From positions 84,816,001 to 84,880,000 of the forward strand of contig NC_042999.1 in assembly GCF_006345805.1 (NCBI RefSeq): a stretch of DNA of 64,000 bases, given 5' to 3'. Shown one piece after another: positions 53,984 through 64,000 of this stretch. The stretch's first letter is position 1. Each line of letters starts with the position of its first letter. The position numbers were made by a program, and so were the translations under genes. This DNA comes from Octopus sinensis (taxonomy: Eukaryota). The notes under the pieces were generated by a model. The model made no database searches and had not been told where the DNA came from. It saw nothing but the letters and a program-made list of their open reading frames with translations.

Positions 53984-54598
53984 ATCTTTCTCACAATAGC
54001 CTTCGCGGTTTTCTCTTCTTCCATTAACAGTTAATAACATTCGCCACTTAGAAATACGGTGTTCTTCGCCGTCTTCCAATATTTTCTCAATTCGGCATAC
54101 AAGATGTGCTTCATTACATATAATGTTTACTGAATGACTTCTCTAGTGTGAAGGATTAACAATGAGTAAGTTACATACATCTATGATATGAAGTAGCCAT
54201 ACAAGATAGTAAAGCAAAACGATGAAATGATATGCTAGGTATTCACGATATGTATGCCGTGGGTACAAAATAGTTATTTGATAACAAATAACAAACAGTT
54301 GGCCGATAATAGCAGAGTAGTTTCATAGTTATAATTTGGTCGTCTAGATATTGCCGCAAACAAGCATGGTAGTGTACAGCATATCTAGAAAATGTAAAAA
54401 TACGATTACATCATACATTTCACTTCTTGTATATGTATCAAGGACAACTATTTTAATGTGTATCAGTTTGTAAATCTTTGATTTCATCCTCCTGTAGGTA
54501 TATTTGTCTATCTATCCATCGCACTGTAAATATATATAATTACAATAGACAGCTGTGTGCAATGTGTTACCAAAAAGGAAAACTATAATTGTCGCTAG

Positions 54599-54712
54599 AT
54601 ATAACTAGGGTGTTAGAAAACCTACATCGCTCGAAATAAGAGCTAAAGAGCTATAATGCTGTAGTTAGCTCTTATTTCTCGCAACGTAAGTGTTCTAACA
54701 CCCTAGTCATAT
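54599..54712. other. ~114 bp imperfect palindrome (48 bp arms, ~18 nt loop): mini-MITE or hairpin RNA precursor
   Basis: ATATAACTAGGGTGTTAGAAAACCTACATCGCTCGAAATAAGAGCTAA pairs with TTAGCTCTTATTTCTCGCAACGTAAGTGTTCTAACACCCTAGTCATAT. Confidence 0.7.
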
Positions 54713-54735
54713 TTAGGAGATATATATATATATAG

Positions 54736-54908
54736 GTGTGTGTGTATATTTGTCCCCCACCATCGCTTGTAACTTAGCGGTTCGGCAAAAAGAGCGGGTA
54801 CAATAAGTAATAAGCATACAAAGAATAACTCATGGGGTTGATTTGTTCGACTAAAGGCAGTGCTCCAGCATGGCTGCAGTCAAATGACTGAAACAAGTAA
54901 AAGAATAT
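54736..54908 (+). mobile_element. SINE type A tail half
   Basis: GTAACTTAGCGGTTCGGCAAAA..CAGTCAAATGACTGAAACAAGTAAAAGA. Confidence 0.75.
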
Positions 54909-55684
54909 ATATGCAACTCCGGAGAATTGTCCACTTGACGGTAACTGTCTGCGAAAGTCGATAGTCTACAGAGCAAAGGTTGAACCAAATAGCAGATCAA
55001 CCTAAATATATAATGGGACAACAAAACTATCATTCAAAAGCCATTATTACGGACATAAATAATTTGTCGGCCCCGGCAAAAAATATACGACGGCTTTGTC
55101 GAAGTTTATTTGGTCATCCTCACCGGCGTACACACTCATTAATTTAAAAGTATTAATTGAAAGTATCACTTTAAATTATTTATTTGAAGTATTATTTTAA
55201 AGTATTGTTTTGGAAGATCGCTTAAGCAGAAACGCAACTTTATGACTTAGAATGTACGGAGTTTATGACGTTTATAATAATACTGCCTCGAAAACCAGAA
55301 ATGAAATCAAAAAGCTTCAGGCAGTCTTTTCTGAATGCGTCGTTCACAAAAGTTTTAAATGAAAGAACGTAAAGATATGCGTTTCCTTCAAACTTCCATT
55401 TCACATTTCAAAACATATGCAGACATATGGATATTCAAAAGAAACTAAGCTGTGTTTACCAGCTATGGGTTGGAAACAAACGACTGTGAGTACTAGAAAT
55501 CGGAGCCTCCCACTCATAACGTATTAAAGAATACTCTACATTTGTATTGAGTCCTGTAATGAATTCATCGCGCCTGGTGATCAACAAAGATTGATGCGTG
55601 TGTGTGTGTGTGTGAGTCGCTCTCTCTATCTATCTCTATGTATACACACACACACGCAGACACACACACGTATATATATATTCT

Positions 55685-56107
55685 TTTCTTTTACTTGTTT
55701 TACTTTTATTAATTTTTTGCTTGTTTTTTTAATTGTCATTTGACTGTGGCCATGCTAGAGCACCGCCTTTAGTTGAACAAATCGACCCCAGGACTTCTTT
55801 GTAAGCCTAGTACTTATTCTGTTTGCCGAACAGTTAAGCTACGGAAATGTAAACACACCAACATCGGTTGGTGGGGGTGGTGGTGGGGATCAAACACATA
55901 CACACAAATACATATATATATATGCGCACGCACGCACAGACAACGGGATTCTTTCTGTTTCTGTCTACCAAATCCACTCACAAGGCTTTAGTCGAGCTCG
56001 AGGCTATAGTAGAAGACACTTGCCCAAGGTACCACAGAGTGGGACCGAACCTGGAACCATGTGGTTGAGAAGCAAGCTTCTCACTACATACCCTCTTCTG
56101 CGACTAT
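55685..56107 (-). mobile_element. SINE type A, near full length
   Basis: Reverse-complement match to 15914-16369. Confidence 0.85.
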
Positions 56108-56118
56108 ATATATGTATT

Positions 56119-56158
<40 letters not shown>

Positions 56159-57019
56159 AGGAGAGAGACATTGGTATGTGTATGTGTGTATGTGCGTATA
56201 CGTGCACTACATACTCTCTCATCTGACAATATCTCTATATTGAACCCTTATAGCACACCTGGTCTTTTAGGGGGTTTTAGGGGTTTGTGTTTGTCATATA
56301 TTTATATATATCATATGATTTATAGCTTAGGTTAGGAAAAATGTAAACGTCGAAAAAAGTACCTCTTAACTTCTTCCTCTTCTATATTCCTCTTTATTTT
56401 TATTCTACCTCCCTCCCCTCTCTACCTCTCTCTCTCTCTCTATCTATCTATCTCTCTCTGTTTCGCTCTCTGTCTCTCTATATCTCTTTTTTTGTCTATA
56501 TAATCATCTATCACTTCGCTTGCACGTTTAACATACGCCTATAGTCAGTACATATTTGTTTGTATGCGTGTTTGTGTATGTGTATGTGTGTTTATGTATG
56601 TGTGTGCGTGTGTCTGTGTGTCTGTGTTCACGTTGTGTGTATGGCTGAGAGACAGGCAGACAGACAAACAGACAGACAGACGGAGAGTGTATGCGTGTGT
56701 ACTTGCGTTCATTTACATGTGGGTGTGCAGGAAGAATTTATTTGTCACTATTTATTTGTATAAGTATACGTGTTTGCTTGTTTATAAGCGCATACTAGTA
56801 ATACTTTTCACATGCGTGAGTCATCTTCCACGGTTGTGGCCACCTTTTACTCCCGTTTCAGATGTGATTGGGGTGGCGCGGCGGAGTAAAATAATTTGAT
56901 TGATTGATACAACAAACCTAGTAATTCACTTCCTTTTGAACATTTCCCCTCATTTCAGCTTAAAGCGCTCTCACTCTTACTCTTCCTTTCTTTCTCTATG
57001 CTTGCTTATTATTCTCCAT

Positions 57020-57027
57020 ATATACAG

Positions 57028-57082
<55 letters not shown>

Positions 57083-57108
57083 AATATCTATATATGTGTA
57101 TATATATA

Positions 57109-57141
<33 letters not shown>

Positions 57142-57447
57142 ATATATATATATATATATACATATATATCTATATATGTGTATATATATCTATATGTATA
57201 TATATATATATATATATGTTATATATAAATATATACATATTATATATATATATTATATATATATACTTATATGTAGGTAAGTATATGTATATCGACATGT
57301 GTATATATATATATAAATATATATATATGTATATATATATATTATATTATAATATATATAAATATATATATATATATATATTATATTATATATATTATAT
57401 ATATTATATATATAATATATATATATTATATATAAATATATATATAT

Positions 57448-57479
<32 letters not shown>

Positions 57480-57602
57480 AATATATATATATATTATAAT
57501 ATATATAAATATATATATATATTATATATATATATATTATATATATATTATATTTTATATATATATATACATACATATATATAATATATATATATATATA
57601 TA

Positions 57603-57654
<52 letters not shown>

Positions 57655-57660
57655 ATGTAT
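57020..57660. repeat. Long interrupted (TA)n tract
   Basis: Direct reading. Confidence 0.95.
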
Positions 57661-57838
57661 GTATGTATCGTTTGTGTCGCCGACATTTCTCATTAGTTGC
57701 TATGATATTTGTCTATCTCCCAGTTTGTGTATACTTATACACCTTTCACAATCTATGATTATTTCTTTGTCTTACTCGTAGTTTATAACTACCAAGTTCG
57801 ATATATATGTATACATATATTTATATACATATATATAT

Positions 57839-57936
<98 letters not shown>

Positions 57937-58207
57937 AGGGAGAGAGATTTGTTTGTGTGTACTTGTGCATGTATATACCATGTATATTAATCTCACCAAT
58001 GTTTTTTTCTGTCTATCTATTCACACATTTATCAAATATATCCAACCCAACTGCCATCTTTCTTTCTTTTTCGCTTTCTGTCATTCACTCTCACCCCACC
58101 TCTTTCTCTCTCTCACTCTCTCTGTTTCCCTCGCTCTATGTATGAGGACATACACAAACGCGCGCACATCTATGTATATAGGTATATATTTGTATATATA
58201 TATATAT

Positions 58208-58262
<55 letters not shown>

Positions 58263-58266
58263 GCAT

Positions 58267-58309
<43 letters not shown>

Positions 58310-59263
58310 ACCATATACGTATATGGGCATCTGTCCTCCCTCCTTTTCTCTATATTTTATATATATACCCTATAAATGTATCAGCAAATCGATTTTTTTT
58401 CGGTCACTAATCTTTCTTTTTTATGTCAGTACTTCAGTTCCCTCTATCTTTCTACCTTTGTCTGTGTAACACTTATTCCCAATTTCTACATCTCTACTCA
58501 CATACACAAAAACACACACACACATATACATACACATATACATACATACATACCTACATTCATACATACATATGTACGTACACAAATAGATACGTTCAAT
58601 ATATACCTATGTGTGTGTGTGAGTGTACACACACATATATATATACATATATATATATATATATGTATATATATATTAATCTAATTCTTCCATTTGTATA
58701 TAACTTTGTCTATCAATCAAGCCATTTCTCACCATGCTACAACCGTGCAAAATACCTACAAATTTGCTTCTCTATTTCGTTCTTTTTGCTATACTTATTC
58801 ATCTATACCTATCCTATTTTCGCTACGGACCAAAGATCAATATATTATTATATCCGTGTAATTCTGCTCTTATAAATTACCACAAAGCTTATATCTTTTG
58901 TCATTAATTGATAGTACTTTCTGAATGAACACACGCATCTCAGTATATGTATATATATATATATATATATAGATATATATATATACATACATACACATAC
59001 AAATATGCTGTATATGCGATGTATATTTGCGTGCTTACACAAATTAAACCTGTTTACACACATTTAAACATAATACACATCTGATCGGGTTATAGTGAAA
59101 AGGACAGTATACAAAATCACATTTTTTTGCATTGATAGTATGCACTACTACAAAAATAAGGATGCATAAATTTCTATCTCTCTCTTTCTCTACCGTTCTC
59201 TCTACCCCTCTCTTTCCTCCTCTCTTCCTCTCTCTTTCGCTCTGTATGTATGTATATATACAT

Positions 59264-59354
<91 letters not shown>

Positions 59355-59434
59355 TCATATTTATAACCACTTACAAACATACATTTACGTATACATATAT
59401 ATGTACGTAAATACAACTACAGGCAACCCCATAT

Positions 59435-59620
<186 letters not shown>

Positions 59621-60309
59621 GTGTGGTTATGTATGTAGTTGCAAGTGAGTGATTCATCACGTACGAGTTTTTGTGCACTTATCTACATGTAGATATTTAA
59701 CATTTAATTCGCTACAATAGTCCTGTACAAATGAGCCAATTTCTGTGTATATACATGCATATATATACTCACTTCCGCGTGTGTGTGTATGTATGCATGT
59801 ATACATGCGTGTATATGTGTATGTGTGTGTGTGTGTGTATTCGTGTGTGCATGAGTCAAAGTGTATATGCATGTGCATGTGTGTGTCGAGTGCATTAACA
59901 ACGGCATTAAGCTTCCTGCAACGTGTCTGCAACGCAGGAACGATTTCAGCTGTACTTATTTCACTTACTCTAGTTATGACGTAATGAAACTCCTGTACGT
60001 TATAACCTCCTATTTCTGTATAGTATGAAAATCATTAGAGTTAATCTCTTGCTGATATGATTCTGCTTATCACGAATAGTAGAACTAATGCATAAAGGTA
60101 TTTAATTTCTTTATAGATATAGTGATGAATGTATTCATAGACAAAGAAAGATACAAATGAATGAATTTAAGCGATTTAGATTCAAACTGAATATTATAAA
60201 CTAGAACTCAGCATATTAGATATTTTCTCCACCCTGTTATTGAGTTCGAGTTTTCGTTTGGCGCAATTTCAGTGTGTGTGCCCAATTTACTTTTTTTTTT
60301 TTCTATTTA

Positions 60310-61028
60310 GGTATATCTCATAAGAGATTTGAGAATATCCTGTCCAATGAACTTAGCATAACGAAAATCTCTGCTCGGTGGGTGCCACGTCTTTTGGCAT
60401 CTGCGCACCAGGCCGATCACATTAGAGGAAAATCTGACACTGAAGCAGATTCAGTTGTTTCCTTGAACGCTTCTAATCCAAGATGATTGTTGGGTTCATC
60501 ACTTTGAACCAGAGACAAAGAGACAATCCATGCTGGAGAAACACTACTCTTCGCCTGCTTCAACAAAGGCTGAGATTGTTTCATTTCTAGGAAAGATTTT
60601 GAAGTTCAGTTTTTTTTAATTCACTAGGCATTTTGAAATTCAAAAGGCATTATGTTTCTTGACTATCTTCAAACAGTCCACACCATTGATGGTGATTTCT
60701 AAGCACCTTGCTGAGGCAGTTGCGAAAGTCTATCACGACCAAACGCCCAGGAAAGCAGTCGAAATGTGTTTTGTTTCGTCAGGACAATGTTTCAGCATAC
60801 AATACCTTGAATTCAATGGGTACTGTGTGTGACTGTGCCTTTGAATAGGCTGATAACAATCTCTATTCTCCTGATTTGACCCCATCTGACTTCACCAATG
60901 GATCCAAGTACTGCAATACTGATGGAAGAAATGTGTTGACAGCAATGAGGATTATGTTGAAAAATAAACCTCATTCTGACACATTCTATAAGAGTATCTC
61001 GGTAAGTCTATGAATTTTTCAACAGACC
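60310..61028 (+). mobile_element. Degenerate mariner transposase remnant
   Basis: KISARWVPRLL, WVHHFEPETKRQSM, RQDN and YSPDLTPSDF motifs. The left end is not recognised. Confidence 0.85.
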
Positions 61029-61100
61029 AGCCGCAATCAAGAGACTGAAGCAAGTAAAAGATACATACATACATACATACATACATACATACATACATAC

Positions 61101-61490
61101 ACAGGAGTGGCTGTGTGGTAAGTAGCTTGTTTACCAACCACATGCTTCCGGGTTCAGTCCCACTGCGTGGCACCTTGGGCAAGTGTCTTCTACTATAACC
61201 TCGGGCCGACCAAAGCCTTGTGAGTGGATTTGGTAGACGGAAACTGAAAGAAGCCCGTCGTATATATTTATATATATATATGCGTGTGTGTGTTTGTGTG
61301 TCTGTGTCCCCCTAGCATGCTTGACAACCGATGCTGGTGTGTTTATGTCTCCGTAACCTAGCGGTTCGGCAAAAGAGACCGATAGAATAAGTACTGGGCT
61401 TACAAAAGAATAAGTCCCGGGGTCGAGTTGCTCGATTAAAGGCGGTGCTCCAGCATGGCCGCAGTCAAATGACTGAAACAAGTAAAATAG
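61101..61490 (+). mobile_element. SINE type A, full length, following (ATAC)n 61064-61100
   Basis: Matches 15914-16369. Confidence 0.88.
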
Positions 61491-61780
61491 TATATATATA
61501 TATATATATAAATCTCAGCAATTTCAAGTTAGTGTGCGGTGCAAAAACAAATGTTGTGATCTGCTATTAAAGCTTTGTGACTTCCATTATCGTGTTATAT
61601 TATTTGTATATTAATCTTATGCACAGAGGAGTTCTACATGTCTATCCAGCCCTGGAAAATATTCTGCTATAGAATAACATGCAGTAGCCAAATAATGTCA
61701 TAGGAGCTCTTAATTGAACTTTACGAGGATTTTACTCGAATTATATCAAATATATACACATATATACGCACGCTCGTGTG

Positions 61781-61821
<41 letters not shown>

Positions 61822-61864
61822 CGCGCGCGTTGGAAATATATATATATATATATAATGATTACAA

Positions 61865-62070
61865 ATGTTGGCACAAGGCTCTCAGCTTCAACAGAGGAGA
61901 TAAATCAATTACATTGACCCAATATCCAACTTGGAATTTATTTTATCGAGCCCGACAGGATGAAATGCAAAGCCGGCCTCGCCGGAATTTGAACTTAGAA
62001 TATGAATTCGGACGAAATGTCGATAAGTATTTCGCGCGGCACTTTAACGATTCTGCCAGCTCACCGCCTT
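61865..62070 (-). mobile_element. SINE type B
   Basis: Reverse complement of the type B head, core and tail. Confidence 0.75.
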
Positions 62071-62535
62071 TATAGCATATGTATGTTACCTTCATGTGCA
62101 AGCCAATATTTTTACTGATGTTTTGACCAGTGCGATATCAACTGATCCACTATTAAGCACAATTAGATCTACTTAATTAAGTACAAGCAATGGTAACAAT
62201 ATACACTGCAACTGAAAAACTATATACAAGCAAACTTATGATTTAAAGAAAAGAACGGATATAATACGTATATAATGTATCAAAATTTCTCTACTTAAAG
62301 CACAGGAAAGAAAAACTGTTTGATCTACTGTGTTTTAATTAAATGGGACGAATCTGAAGTTTACCAAACCGCGTCTCAATCCACTGAACGCAAATGACAC
62401 TTCCGTTAGCATTTAAAATTATTTTGCTTGCTCAAATCCTTTTCCATACGAATCATAACGTAATGACGAAAATGGACATTATTACACACACACACAGATG
62501 CAAGCATGTTCTTGCTGTTGTTGTTTTTCCTCTTC

Positions 62536-62556
62536 TTCTTCTTCTTATTATTATTA

Positions 62557-62616
<60 letters not shown>
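62536..62616. repeat. (CTT)n/(ATT)n microsatellite
   Basis: Direct reading. Confidence 0.95.
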
Positions 62617-62618
<2 letters not shown>

Positions 62619-64000
62619 GTTTGACTTTTGCTTTGTATTTGTACAAGTTGGCTCTAAGTCTCACCCAGAGATCTCAAGAGACAACAAGTTAGAAGTTCAT
62701 GATGGTGTTATGCTTCGGGTGTCCATATATTTGGTTTTGTACATAGTATTGTTCTTGAGAATGTTTAAGAAAGAAAAAAAAAGAAAATTGTGAGTTTGTT
62801 TTAAATTTTACATTACATCGACAGTATTTTACGTAGGATATAGGCAGTTCCCATGAGCACTACTTTTTGAATTTCTGTCATTTTGGTGTTTCCTAGTATC
62901 TGGGCAAGGTAGAAATCAGCTCTTTTTGCTATCATTCCTAGGGCACCTATGACAACAGGTATAGTTTTAGTCTTCAGGTTCCACATTTTGCTCATTTCTC
63001 TTTCAAGATCTTTACACTTGCTCAGTTTTTAGTAAGTCTTGACAGATACATTTATATCGATTGGGATAGTCGTATCAATGAGAAGGTATGATTTTTGTCT
63101 GAAGTCTTTCAATACAACGTCTGGCCTATTTGTATCTATCTTTCTGTCAGTTTGAATGGTGAGGTTTCAGAGAAGTAAGATGTGATCATTTTTAAGCACT
63201 GACGGTGGTTTGTTTTACCACCAGTTTTTATCATGGGGCAGGTCCAAGTTTTTGCAAAAATTGGTGCAGCACTATCATGCTTGTCGAGACACTCTGTAGG
63301 CGCAAGAAGACTGCTCATGGAGACAACATGATTAATGGTTTCATTTTGTTGTTGACATACACGAAATTTTGGGCTACTGCCCTTCTTTAATATGTTGGCC
63401 TGGTAGCTTCTTGTAGGTAGGCATTGATCTTGGGCTGCTATGATAAACCCTTCTGTTTCTGATTTTAAGCCAGAAGGTATTTAACCATTGATGGGAAAGT
63501 GCTTTGTCAACATCGGCATTATTAGATCTCTTTGGGTATTTGCCATTGATAGGTTTTTCTTGCCATTTATCAGTAAAAATATCTAAGGCAGCAGTTTTAA
63601 CACGTGTTTTCATACGCTTAGCTTTTTCTGCACTTGTTTCCAGTACGTCTAATTCTGGGATTTGTTGTATTTGGAATTCACCTAGATATTCTTTTACCTG
63701 TTTTCTTACTGATTGTGATGCTTTCTTGTTTTCGTGCTTTAAGACAAGTTTGAACATCCAGTCCTCAGAGTTTTTCAGGTAGGTGTCTAGGCTAATTGTG
63801 ACAATCTTCATTGTTATTGCCAGTTGTAAAAGTCCATGGCCTCCCTCATTTCTTGGCCGATAAAGTCGTTCTATATCTGCCTTAGGGTGGTGCATTCTGT
63901 GCATTGTCAACAATTTTCGTATTTTTCTGTCGACATTAATTATTTCAGTAATTGACCAGTTAATGATATTGAAAGTAAGTAATAATCGCTTCGATCCTGT
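62617..64000 (-). mobile_element. R4/Dong-type LINE, 3' portion (RT thumb, zinc finger, RLE, 3'UTR), degenerate; continues beyond window end
   Basis: HHPKADIERLYRPRNEGGHGL, WQEKPINGKY, LKSETEGFIIAAQDQCLPTR, RPDVVLKD and IPVVIGALGMI..IQKVVLMGTAYILRKILSM* (stop at 62813). The 3'UTR ends directly in (TAA)n. Confidence 0.92.

Noticed and set aside
62080-62139. 60-nt minus-strand segment with good splice signals
   Set aside because: All three frames contain stops. This shows how easily such sites arise by chance here.

Overview
AT-rich, microsatellite-saturated eukaryotic DNA. It is very likely intronic or intergenic sequence from a coleoid cephalopod (octopus); this is inferred from the SINE motifs and repeat composition and is not verified. 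No host protein-coding gene can be identified with confidence, and almost every ORF in the supplied track is a translation of (ATT)n, (TA)n, (TATG)n or (GATA)n tracts. The window is dominated by retroelements: one apparently full-length L1/Tx1-clade LINE (44623-50800, minus strand; zinc-knuckle ORF1 and APE-RT ORF2, both disrupted) embedded in a (GATA)n array; two 5'-truncated Tx1-like relatives; six R4/Dong-type (RT + RLE) LINE fragments that all abut (TAA)n or (CAA)n tracts; a different RLE-type LINE 3' end sitting in (TATG)n; a CR1-like RT fragment; about 25 tRNA-derived SINE copies of three types, including head-to-tail arrays and a dimeric form; three mariner derivatives; a Tigger-like remnant; and two non-coding inverted-repeat elements. 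The most interesting pattern is that different non-LTR retrotransposon clades each co-occur with their own microsatellite type, which suggests several parallel microsatellite-targeting systems. A speculative, phase-compatible chain of minus-strand exons may belong to an unrecognised host gene.
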